From positions 14,758,001 to 14,822,000 of the forward strand of contig CM075988.1 in NCBI GenBank assembly GCA_038087875.1: 64,000 bases of DNA, given 5' to 3'. Position numbers and translations under genes: made by a program. Positions 1-11,050 of this stretch are shown one piece after another. This DNA comes from Malacoraja senta. Taxonomy: Eukaryota. Position 1 is the stretch's first letter. Each line of letters starts with the position of its first letter. The notes beneath the pieces are model-generated. The model saw only the letters and a list, made by a program, of their open reading frames with translations, did not search any database and was not told where the DNA came from.

Positions 1-40
1 TTCCAATTGTCTTGGACTCACTCTGTTATGACCATGTGAA

Positions 41-131
41 GGTAGACACAAAATGCTGGAGTACCTCAGCGGGACAGGCAGCATCTCCGGAGAGGAGGAA
101 TGAGTGACGTTCTGGGTCGAGACCCTTCTTC
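41..131 (-). repeat. Penelope-derived short repeat (terminal-repeat fragment with degenerate hammerhead core)
   Basis: gtagacacaaaatgctggagta...gtgacgttctgggtcgagacccttcttca is the reverse complement of the sequence that follows the GIY-YIG remnant at 27780-28272. Confidence 0.75.
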
Positions 132-989
132 AAGGTCTATGTGAAAGTTGGTGTGCGATAAAATGCCACAGGTTAAAGGAGTCAGGCATCTTCCACGTCT
201 CAGAACAAAAAGTTCAAGAACTGCAACATAAAGACGCTTGGGGGCGTTCAACGCTTTCCCTCTCACACTCCCTTCCCCTGGTGAGATCACAGATGTATTT
301 GTCCTTGTCATTTGTTGTGGCATTCTTCCACGAGGTGTCCAAGACCAGGTCAAAGATTTGACAAGGTCAGCACTAGAACGAACTTCACAAAGGTTCAACA
401 GCTGTTCAAGATGACACCAGTTGTCACCCTGACTGGTCATTGTTGCTGCATGTCACAGCTCTTCAGGCTGTGAAGGAGAAGAGCAAACTGAATAACTAAA
501 GCAAACAGAATGTTATACTTAACCCAAGATTCACTTGCTGGCTGCCATGGAGATCAACAATAGTTTTTACACCCATGAAGCAAGGCAATTATTTTCTTGC
601 AATGCATTCTCTCGCACGTTGAAGCACAGAACTGTCCCAGTTCCTGTCTTAAACTATCGCTTGCCTGACAGGCTGCATCACTTTGACCAAAGTGTAATCA
701 GTATTGACTCTGTGGCTGCAAGTTTCAACCATTAAACAAAGGTCTCCTTTTGCCTCAAACTCTGGCCGTCACATGTACCCTTGTAAAGTGCACTGTTAGC
801 GCTGGCTCATTAGTTGCAAATGTCAGTGTGCGCTCTGCAGCTGTCCCGATTTGCAATTATAAGCCAGTTATTTGGACTGTATGTTAATTCTACATGTCAT
901 AGAATTAGCACTTCAACAATTCCTGCAGAAAGACCATTACACCAAGTACAGATTTCATACTTGAAAAGGAGTTTTGTAAAGAATCACTC

Positions 990-1490
990 CAATAAGTGAA
1001 GCTTCAGACTCAGAAATCCTATTGCCCTCATTGCTGGGATTCTGCTGTGTGGGCTGCTCACAGGGGGACATGTGCATACACACACACACACCCAAATATC
1101 AGCTGCAGCTATGTAACCATGCACGGAGGAAAAACTCATCTGCCTGAGACTCACGAGTTTTCCAGTGTAGAGTTGTCCAAGATCAATGCCTACCCACCGG
1201 CATGCTGAGTTGCAGGACCACATGGAGAGGGGCACACTGAACCTTGGTGTAGCCACCACAACGACACAAAGGGGAAAAGCCACATTTAAAGGCCATGCCA
1301 CCACAGCACAACGAGAGGCTCAAACCCATTTAAAATACCTTTGGATTCCTTCAGGAATGCATGTGAAGGAAAATTAATGCCATATTCATGTATGGTAATG
1401 TAAATGAAATGACATGGTAGGTATTAAAAAAAATCTTTTTCAGACAAATGTGTTGAGTACTTGCATGTTTTATGAATAAAGTAATATTTT
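990..1490 (+). pseudogene. Decayed Tx1-like LINE 3' end (ORF2 C-terminus and 3'UTR)
   Basis: The fragment HAELQDHMERGTLNLGVATTTTQRGKAT resembles, from memory, the Tx1-clade C-terminus (HSKxQDYVLRDALKLGAAxAKARWGK). It is followed by an AATAAA-containing tail near 1475. Confidence 0.5.
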
Positions 1491-1959
1491 CATAATTGAA
1501 TTTCTCACTATTGCACAGAAAGGTTTGAATTTTAAGTTTGGATCATACTGAACAAGGTTGAAACGTAAGGCCTTGTGTTGTGAATGGGATAGACACCAAC
1601 ATGCTCGTTATGCATGTTGGGCATTAATAACACTAGGACAGGTATTTGATCCCACATCTCCATGTGTTCTCTGCCAAGTACATGCCCCCTTGGACATTAT
1701 CCAACTTAAAATGCATTTGAAGGGAAATCTTTTTGGCTGTATAAAACCAGCACTGAGAGAAATCACATTAACTCTTCCCATTCACGCAGAATACTAAATT
1801 TAGGTCACCTGATAATTATGATTGCTGCATAACATCAGCACTTACTACACTGTTGTTCAGTAAGAGGCCAATATCATGAATTACTTGCACGGTTGAAGCT
1901 AACCTGCTCTCTTTATCTTCCCCTTAAATGGAGCAGCATCGTTTGGCTGGAGAGGAACA

Positions 1960-2442
1960 AGCAAGGTTTCGACAAAAGGAATCCCACTCGCCAAACAGTG
2001 AAGTCGATACAAAGTGTGAGAGTGCATGGCTCTTATTATTGGGCTCAGCACCCGAAGAGAGATTCTTATCAAGAGAAGTAGACAGTTTGGGTCTGAATTT
2101 TTTTAGGGTTCAGAAGAAAGGGGGGGTTGACCTTATTCCAACAGATAAGATCATAATAGTAGAAGTCAAGACTGACAGGGCAGATGTAGAGATGTTTTCA
2201 CTAATGAGAGAAACATGAACAAAGGATAAACTTACAAGATAAGAAACTGATCATTTGCAACAAGGGTGTTGAAGTTTCTTCTCTTAGAGGTGAGTAAATT
2301 ATATGCCACAGAAGGCTGTGGAGGTAGTCAGTGGATATTTTTAAGGCAGAGATAGACAGATTCTTGATTAGTGCAGGTGTCAGGAGTTATGGGGAGAAGG
2401 CAGGAGAATGGGGTTAGGAGGGAGCCATGATTGAATGCCAGA
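1960..2442 (+). mobile_element. Old CR1 LINE 3' fragment, left part (interrupted by the L1)
   Basis: CR1 3' motifs gaaggctgtggagg...gatatttttaaggcagagatagacagattcttgatt...ggagaaggcagg...agccatgattgaat. The tail resumes at 7986 (ggagacttgatgggccgaatgg). Confidence 0.8.
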
Positions 2443-5400
2443 CATTTATCACAAATGGATGATACATTTGGGAAAATGTTATGGATTTTAGTTTTGGAAT
2501 AATATAATCTATGTAAAATTTTAAATTGTATTAAAGTGTGTCTTACATTAATCGAACATTTATGCACGTTTAATAAGTGTTCATTCCACCTTTCCTTTGA
2601 AATTTTAATAGCTAACTCTTGTTCCCAGTCTCTTCTGATACCCTCCGTAGATGGTATTTCTACATTTAAGATAATATTATACAAATATGATATTAAGTTT
2701 GCTGATTCAGCTTTTATCTGCATTGCATCCTCCAATACATCTGCTGGGCTATTATAATGATCTTTTGTATATTTTTTCAAATAGTCGCATATTTGAAAAT
2801 ATTTAAAATATTGATTATTTCCGAGTTTATATTTTATTTGTAGTTGTTGAAATGAAAGTAATTTTCCAGTTTCATATAAGTCACCGAACGTTTTAATTCC
2901 TAGTCTATCCCAATGTGTGAAGGATTTATCTATAGTAGAGGGATTAAACGAAGGGTTATTAACTATGGGAGATAAAAGTGATAAATTTCTTAATTTTAAA
3001 TTTTGTTTTATTTGTTTCCAAATTCGGATTGTACTATGTATGATTGGGTTCTTATTATAATTTATATTATTCAGTTTCATTGGTGAGAGGAGGATCGCTC
3101 CAATGTTTCCAGAGGAGCAATCCTCTTTCTCCATTACAATCCAGTCCACTTGCTGGGCAGAGTTATCCATCAGTTGAATCATATTTTTAATATTTACTGA
3201 CCAATAATAATACATGAAATTAGGTAGTGCTAAACCCCCTAATACTTTAGGTTTATTCAAGTGAGTTTTTTGTATTATATGTGATTTATAGTCCCATATA
3301 AAATTAGTGATATCTGAGTCCAGTTTTTTTTAAACTTCTTTGGTAAGTATATAGGAATCGATTGAAATAGGTACAAAATTTGTGGTAGAAAGATCATTTT
3401 TATTTCATTTATTCGGCCTATTAAAGACATCGGGAGCGTTTTCCAAAATGTAATTAGTGTGTTTAATTTATTAAGTAGGGGATCAAAATTTGCTTTAAAC
3501 ATACCTTGATATGTTCTAGTAATTTCGATTCCCAAGTATTTAAATTTTTCTGTAGCTATTTTAAAAGGGAATTTTAAAAGATGTGTTGAATCTTTCGGTT
3601 TTATTGACATAATTTCACTTTTATTCCAATTTATTCTATATCCAGAAAAAGATCCAAAGTCTTGAATTAAATTTAATATATTTGGTATAGTGATTTGAGG
3701 TTTTGTAATGTACAGTAATATGTCATCCGCGTATAAAGATATTTTATTATTTGAATCTTTAGTATTATACCCATGGATATCAGGGTGTATTCTAATTTTT
3801 TCTGCTAGCGGTTCAATAATAAGAGCAAACAATTGTGGTGATAATGAGCATCCTTGTCTGTTTCCCCTTGATAGTTGGAATTTCGAGGATAATATGTTAT
3901 TAGTTAATATTCTAGCTGTAGGTTTATTATATAATAATTTAATCCATAGAATAAAATTCTCTCCAAGTTGGAATTTTTGTAATACTTTATCCATATAATT
4001 CCATACTACTTGGTCAAATGCTTTTTCAGCATCCAGCGAGATAATTGATAATTCTTGTTCTTCAGATTTGTGTGAGTGCATTATGTTGAGTAAACAAACG
4101 TCTCATATTGTTAGATGAGTATCTCTTAGGGATAAACCCTGTCTGATCTGGGTTTATTAATTTACTAATATATTTACTTAATCTTCTAGCTAATGTTTTC
4201 GCTAATATTTTTTTATCTGTGTTTAACAATGCTATAGCTCTATATGAATCCGGTTCTTCTAAATCTTTGTCTTTCTTATGTATTAGTGTAATCGTTGATT
4301 CCGCTAATGTATCAGGTAGTATTTGTTTTTTTAAAGCATATTGGTAAATTTTTTGTAATCTTGGTATAATTTTATCATAGAAGCTTTTATAAAATTCATT
4401 AGTAAATCCATCAGGACCTGGTGTTTTTCCATTCTTTAATGAGTTTATTGTATCTTCTAATTCCTTAATTGAGATTTGTGCACCCAATTCCTCTTGTTCC
4501 TTCAACTCTAACTTTGGAAGATTACAATTATCCAAAAACTATGTGATTTTATTGGAATCAATTGTCGTTTTAGATGTATACAAATTCTCATAAAATTGCG
4601 CAAATCTTTTATTAATATCCTTCGGTGTGGTTAATAATTCCCCTTTATCTGATTTAATCGTTGGGATAGTATGTTCTTTTTCTCGTTTTTTTAACTGGCT
4701 AGCCAAAAGTTTATGTGGTTTATCCCCAAATTCAAAGTGCTCTTGTTTTGTAATTTGAAAAAGTCTTATAAGTTTGGCTGATAATAATTTATTTAATTCA
4801 AATTTCAAAATTATTATTTTATTATGTTTATCTATTGATGGATCTTTAGCATTATATTTATCCATTTGTCTAATGTTCTTCTAACTGTCTTTGTTCATTC
4901 TTATTCTTTTTATTTTGAAAAGCTTGATATGAAATTATAATACCCCTAATGTATGCTTTAAAAGATTCCCATAATACAGTAGACGATATATCTGGAGTGT
5001 CATTTATTTGAAAAAAGGCATCCATTTGTTCTTTTAAATATATACTCGCTTGTGGATCTTTTAGGATTTGAGAATTAAATCTCCAAAACGATTTATTCTT
5101 AGACATTCCTTCCAATTTTAAAAAGAAAGTTAGTGGAGAATGGTCTGAAATCGAATTTGTATGGTATGTTGGGTTAAAAGTATGAGGGATTAATTTTGTA
5201 TCCAGCAGGAAATAATCTATACGTGAGTATGTTTTGTGTACCATTGAATAAAACGAGTATTCCCTGCCAGTTGGATTAACAATTCTCCAAACATCTGCTA
5301 TATTAGTATTGTTTATGTAAGTATTGAGAAGTTCACCGGTTTTAGATTTCATATTCCCTCTCTGTTTTTGGCTTGATTTATCTAAATACGGATCTAAAAC

Positions 5401-5849
5401 ACAGTTAAAGTCTCCTCCTATTATAACATTTTGATAGTTAGACTCTGCAATTATGTTCAAAATTGTATTTAAAAAATGAGGGTTGTCAAAGTTAGGCGCA
5501 TATATATTTACCAAGGTAATTGGAGTATCATGACTATTAAGTATCTCCCTTCGATGTCTGTTCTGATATTCTTTGCTTTAAATGGTATACCTTTTCTTAT
5601 AATGATTGACGTACCTCTAGATTTCGAAGTAATTGAAGAATGGTATGTTTGACCTATCCATTTCGCCCTCAACCTAGCTTGATCCTGAGATTTTAAATGA
5701 GTTTCTTGTAAGAAGATAATGTCAGAATTGTACAGTTTCAGCTGAGCTAGTATCTTACCCCTTTTAATAGGTTCGTTAATACCTCTTATATTCCAACTAC
5801 AGAATAAGATTCCTCCTAGGTTCTTTTGTTTAGCATCTTGAATAATTAT
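2443..5849 (-). pseudogene. L1 ORF2 (APE endonuclease + reverse transcriptase), multiple frameshifts, cut inside the C-terminal Cys-rich motif
   Basis: EN motifs SWNIRG, FLQETH, NIYAPN, GGDFN, SRIDY, SDHSP. RT motifs PGPDGF, SLDAEKAFD, RQGCSLSP, LYADD, KYLGI. The frame ends at ...SSICDKCL. Split across at least six ORF-track pieces. Confidence 0.92.
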
Positions 5850-6687
5850 AGTACCTTTAAATCTTGTGGTGCATCCATATCCCAGGTCTGTGGGTATTGG
5901 GGGAACTTTTGAATTTCTAAGTTTTGTTGGTATATCCATTTTACGCTTATCCCAAAACACAAAACACAAACATGTGAGTTTATGTGGTAATAATTTTTTT
6001 TTTTTTTAAGTGAAAATACAGTGTCTAATATAGTCGGCACTGTAGCAAGTGGCCCACTTGTAGGTGGGAAAAAACCTTGTTTCGACCTCCATTGTGATGT
6101 TAAACAAATAGCTCCGCTCTCTTGGTTAATCATAACATATTAAAATATTAAAACGGGGCCTCACATTCAAATATATAATACAATTTTACCCTATATATTT
6201 CATTATAACATATCATGTATATATCGCAATTTTAGCTACTAATTATTAAACAGATACTTTTGACTTCAATAATAGTCAACTGTTGGTTGAAGGGGTTAAC
6301 GAGACGTGCCCCTGGGCCTAAGCCAGGTGCTCGTTTCTCATCCCCTCCTCCCACTTATAGATAAGGTTTCAATTTATTAAAAATTCATATTAGTATGTTA
6401 GTTCATTATTTTTTATTTTTTATTTATTTTTTATTTTTGTTAGTATTCTAATCTAACATGAATAACTTATTAAGTTATTAATAGGATAAGTTCTTACAAT
6501 TGGTTTTAATATTATAGTCTATTAACAGAAAACTGCTTCTGGTATATACCATCCCCTTCTGTTCAGCTGTTTACTCATTTTGAACAGAAAGTGTCCTTGA
6601 TTCAAAATTCCATAGATAACAGTCCAGCCACCCCCAGACAAAGCATTACTTGGAATGGTTCAGTCTGCCAAAACCCCCATTTGATTT

Positions 6688-7785
6688 CTATTTTTCAACG
6701 ATACTTTGGGCATATTTGAACGCATCTTCAGGCTTTGCAAATGACTTTTCAGAACCCTTGAAAGAAATACGCATTTTAGCTGGATAAATAACCCCGTATC
6801 TGATCCCTTCTTTCCCTCTTAAAAGATCCTTAACCTTCTCGAATTTGTTTCTTTTTTGCACAATTTCATACGGGTAGTCCCTGAATATCCTAATAATGTC
6901 ATTGTCCACCCGCAGCTGCATTCCGTATTTGATTTTGCTCATAACATCTTCCAGTTCTAAAATATCCCGAAATTTCACAATAATATGACGTGGATGAATT
7001 TTTCCCGCACCAGATCTCTGTTTAAATCTTGGAACACGATGAGCCACTTCGATTTTCGGCTCTTTGGAAAGATTAAGCAGTTGTTTAAGTAAGCCCATGG
7101 CAAACTCACGAACATCCTCCCCCTCGGCTCCCTCTGAGACTCCAAGAATTCTCAAATTCTGGCGTCCAGAGCGAGCTTCCAGGTCCAGGCATTTCTCTGA
7201 GACTTTCCCCAGTTGAATCACCATCTGTAGTGAAGTTTGTTCATTTTTTTGCTTCATTTGCTCATGTTCTTGCCTCATTTTCGCCATGTCTTCAACCACT
7301 CGAGCCGTATTTTTCTCCAATTCCGTAATTGTGCGCATACTTGCAGCTACTGTTTCAAGCACAGCCGTGAACCTGTCCGTAGTAGTTTCATCCATCTTGT
7401 CCATTCTCCCCGATAGTCCATCTTTCACATCATCAATTTGTTTATTTATAATGTCCAGTGAATCAATCACCTTCTGATTACTAGCATCATTACCAGCATT
7501 TGAATCCTTCATCATCTTTTCCATTTTTTCCATCATATTTCGCATATTTTCCATCAGAGTTTTATTTTCATTCAAAATCTCATCTTTCATATCTTTCATA
7601 TCATTCACAGATTTCTTCAAGTCATCAAACTCTTTGTCCTTACCAGACTCTGTCTTAGATCTTGTATTCATTTCTGCAGCCACTTCAAAAACTTCAGAGG
7701 TAACTTCTCCTTCAGACTTCTTCTGGTTTCTCAGCAGCTTTTTCACTGATCTCTGAGGGCTCTTGGCTGGAGACAGTTTACTCAT
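6688..7785 (-). CDS. L1 ORF1p (coiled coil, RRM and CTD; RNA-binding chaperone), 365 aa, open
   Basis: Long heptad-rich coiled coil followed by LEARSGRQNLRILGVSEG, IEVAHR, PRHIIVKF, IRIFRDY and YPAKMRI, typical of vertebrate L1 ORF1p. Confidence 0.9.
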   Translation of the reverse strand: MSKLSPAKSPQRSVKKLLRNQKKSEGEVTSEVFEVAAEMNTRSKTESGKDKEFDDLKKSVNDMKDMKDEILNENKTLMENMRNMMEKMEKMMKDSNAGNDASNQKVIDSLDIINKQIDDVKDGLSGRMDKMDETTTDRFTAVLETVAASMRTITELEKNTARVVEDMAKMRQEHEQMKQKNEQTSLQMVIQLGKVSEKCLDLEARSGRQNLRILGVSEGAEGEDVREFAMGLLKQLLNLSKEPKIEVAHRVPRFKQRSGAGKIHPRHIIVKFRDILELEDVMSKIKYGMQLRVDNDIIRIFRDYPYEIVQKRNKFEKVKDLLRGKEGIRYGVIYPAKMRISFKGSEKSFAKPEDAFKYAQSIVEK

Positions 7786-7978
7786 TTAAAAGGCTTTAAA
7801 CCACCGTTTAAAACATTGCGCTTACTGATGACGTCATCAGCCCGGCGACGAGAAGCTCCGGTAAGGTTTTTTAATCCAGTCCCGATTTATGGACCCGTTT
7901 TACACGATAAATCGTGAAATTTTTCGGGAGCGGAGCTAGGTGCACGTCTGTTAGTCCAACATGGCGCCACCGGAGGTC
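7786..7978 (-). promoter_or_regulatory. L1 5'UTR / putative internal Pol II promoter (CpG-rich, CRE palindrome, YY1-like site)
   Basis: ctgaTGACGTCAtcag is a perfect 16-bp palindrome at 7825-7840. CAACATGGCG (YY1-like) lies at 7957-7966, near the element's 5' end. Confidence 0.6.
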
Positions 7979-8479
7979 TGCCAGAGGAGACTTGATGGGC
8001 CGAATGGACTAGTTCTTCTCCTATCACATGACCTAAAATGTCAAATTACCTTCCCCAGAGGGTGATGGAAGTCTAGATCACTAGAACGTTTAGTGTAAAG
8101 ATCAAGGAATTGAGAGTTATGGAGAACTGGCACAAAGCATAAATCAGCCACGATCATAATGAATGGCAGGACAGGCTGGAGCCCAGTGGCCGATTCTGGG
8201 TCCTTTTTTTGTTGGGGGGGTTTTTGGAGCCGGGTCACTGGGAGGAGATAGACCAGCTGGTCAAGGCGGAAATGTAATGGAGTGTTGCTCGATACTCATT
8301 GGCCTCAAAGGAGCAGTCAAAGTCAGCAAATGGACCTGAAAATAGTAGGAGATGACATATATTAAAACCAAGAGCAGCATTAGTCTCAGCTCCTACTCAA
8401 TACACACTCCCTCACCGAGCACAATTACTCCAATCTTACAGGTGGAAATGATGGATATTTCACTCGTGTAAAAGTGCAA

Positions 8480-9230
8480 ATGGATGCATTTTGGGAAGTT
8501 AAACCAGAGCAGAACAAACACAGTGATTGGCAGGGCCTTGAGTGCTGTTGAACAGAGAGATACCTTGGGGTCGAAGTACATAAACCCCTGAAAGTGGCAA
8601 CACAGGTAGGCCGTGTGAAGGTGTATGGTATGCTTGCCTTTATTGACTGTGACATTGAATGAAGGAGTTGAACATGTATTGCAGTTATGCAAAATGTTGG
8701 TTAAACTGAACTTGGAGCATTGTGTGCATTTCTGGTCACCGCACCACATGAAGGATGTGATTGACCTAGAAAAGGGTAAAGAAGATTCAAAAGGATGTTG
8801 GCTGGACAAGAGGGCTTAAGTTGTAAGGAGAGATGTTACAGGCTGGGACTCTTTTCCCTGGAGCAAAAGAAAGCAGAGGGGTGACCGTAGAGGTTTCCAA
8901 ATTTATTTTGGACTGTGGATAGAGTTTCTGTCCTTTCCCCCCCCCCCCCCCATTGTCGACAAGTCCAAAACAAGAGCAAAACAAGTTGGCAGAAGGAGAG
9001 AGGGGAAAGATTTTAAAGAGGTCTGGGGAATAGTCATTTTGGCACTGAGGGTAAATGGGTCAGCCTGGCAGAAGAAATGGTAGAGCCAGATACAATCGCA
9101 ATGTTTAAAAATACGTGGACAAGTACATGGATAGGAAGGGTTTAGAAGGATATGGGCCCAATGCAGGCAAAAGTGTTTAGGCTCTGCATGGAGAGTTGGG
9201 CCAAAGGGCCTGTCTCTGTGCTGTGTTACT
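8480..9230 (+). mobile_element. Old CR1 LINE 3' fragment
   Basis: Degenerate ORF2 end (LQLCKMLVKLNLEHCVHFWSPHHMKDV, compare [21 protein letters not shown]) and CR1/HE1-type tail ttgggccaaagggcctgtctctgtgctg. Confidence 0.75.
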
Positions 9231-9909
9231 AAAAATCTATAAATGTGTAGATTCATAGTAATACAGCACAGAAACAGGCCAAAGATACAATGCAAGCTGC
9301 TGGAGAAACAGCAACTTCCAATCATTTCTTTAAGAGAGATGCTGGAAACATGTATTCCTATTGTGTGTGTTTTGCTTATTGCAACTAACAAGTAGAAAGG
9401 AACAATGGCCCTAGGTTGTGCTGGCTATAATTGTACAGACATATGCTTTAAATAGACACTTTGCCCATTTAACTTATTGTGCATAGAACTGAAAACACCC
9501 GACTGAAGCAGAGGAGAGTTTCATTAAAGTGTTAATTTGAAAGCTGCCCACCCACCAATTCCTAAAATTGCACTGTGTTGAATACTTAATTGTATCTTAA
9601 ACCAGTGAAACAGTTTAGATGGGATTTAAGGAAAAGGACACTGACATGTTCATTACTTAACTGCTTTTATCTTTCTCCAACATTTATTAGTGCTCATCTT
9701 ATTGCCCCCCCCCCCCCCCCGCCCCCAGCCAAGGTGTTTGGAAGAGGAGAACCTCACGTGTTGGGCCAGGTAGATGCTGTGTTGAGCAGTTTAACCCACA
9801 CAAATGGCCATTGTAAAGCTCAATGTAGTATAGTGCTGCATCCTTTGATGAAAGTATTACGGCAGCTCCAGTACAGCATTGTCTGGCAATCCAGTAGCAA
9901 TGACGATCA

Positions 9910-10020
9910 AAGATAGACACAAAATGCTGGGGTAACTCAGCGGGACAGGCAGCATCTCTGGAGAGAAGGAATGGGTGACGTTCGGGTCGAGACCCTTCTT
10001 CAGACTCCCTTCTCCGACTC
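9910..10020 (-). mobile_element. Penelope-derived short element with 14-bp TSD (1 mismatch)
   Basis: agcaatgacgatca (9896-9909) and agcaatgatgatca (10021-10034). Minus strand reads agtCTGAAGAagggtctcgacccGAAcgtc. Confidence 0.8.
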
Positions 10021-10639
10021 AGCAATGATGATCAGCTACATTCTGCAACTAGTCCAAAGTGACCATGCAGTGCTACAGTATACAAGCAGCACACTTCCAT
10101 TATGTTCATTTAAATCTACTTCTTCTGGCTTAAACTGCCCCCAAAGGAAACTTCCAAACCAAATCTTGGAACAAAAATAATATATTTTCAATTACGCTAT
10201 TTATACCTGTCAATGAAGAGGATTTATTTTCAATCCCATTGTGTTTTATGGACATTGACTACGCCATCAATAGATGCATTGCAAGAATTGCTTGCAAGAT
10301 CTGACTGCTCTTAAACAATGCCTAACTTTTAAATTATAAAACAATAGCTCATTGAATAAATTTACACACTGATTAAAATCAATAACGTTGCTTTCAATTC
10401 CTTTCCTGCTCCAGGAAAATAAGGCTCATCAAGCAAATTGAAATGGATCAGTGATTTAAACGCATTGTCACTATTATTGGCACTTGGAATATCATCTCTT
10501 TGGTTTCACTACTGAGCCGTGACAAGACTGCTTCTAATGGAAAGATGTTCTTCAGTCACAGTTGACTCAAATTGACATAGCTCAGCTGCCTCTTTCATTG
10601 AACAGTGTCCATGTGGCAGTTTTCATGTGCAATGTGTAT

Positions 10640-11050
10640 GCGAGTACTCAGGGAGGGGTAGCATCTCTGGTGTGGGACATGTTGTGCTCCATTGTGAGTA
10701 GTTCATCCACCTTTGATCCCCACCTGGCATCCAGCTCTCACCTGTGGCTCCAAGAAGCTGTTGGCATGTGGCAGTGGTCACACCCTGGAAAACCGATCTG
10801 TCTGACGGGCTAAACCAGGTGAGGGTGGCCGATGGGTCTCGAACCCTTGGCGAGGTTAGGGGCTTGCTCAGCCCAGCGTGCGAAATCTGTTCTGGTGGAT
10901 TGGGCGGAGGAAACCAACTGAAGAGTACGACGGCCAGGAAGGCGGTTCGGTAGCGCACTGGGGAGTGCTAAGGGCATGTCAAAGCACGAAAGACATGGGC
11001 ACAGCAGCCAAGAGAGTTTCCAGCCACTGGAATCCAGCTCATGTGGCCGA
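10640..11050 (+). mobile_element. RTE-clade LINE 5'UTR-like fragment
   Basis: GC-rich island. ccccacctggcatccagctctcacctgtggctccaagaagctg...gggctaaaccaggtgaggg resembles vertebrate RTE 5' regions as I recall them (not database-checked). No ORF follows. Confidence 0.55.

Larger units (their letters stand above)
2443..7978 (-). mobile_element. L1-clade LINE, 5'-complete and 3'-truncated, flanked by 7-bp direct repeat TGCCAGA
   Basis: Order on minus strand: 5'UTR beginning GACCTCCGGTGGCGCCATG, ORF1, ~840-bp AT-rich spacer, frameshifted ORF2 (EN+RT). tgccaga at 2436-2442 and 7979-7985; the host CR1 tail rejoins across the insertion. Confidence 0.93.
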
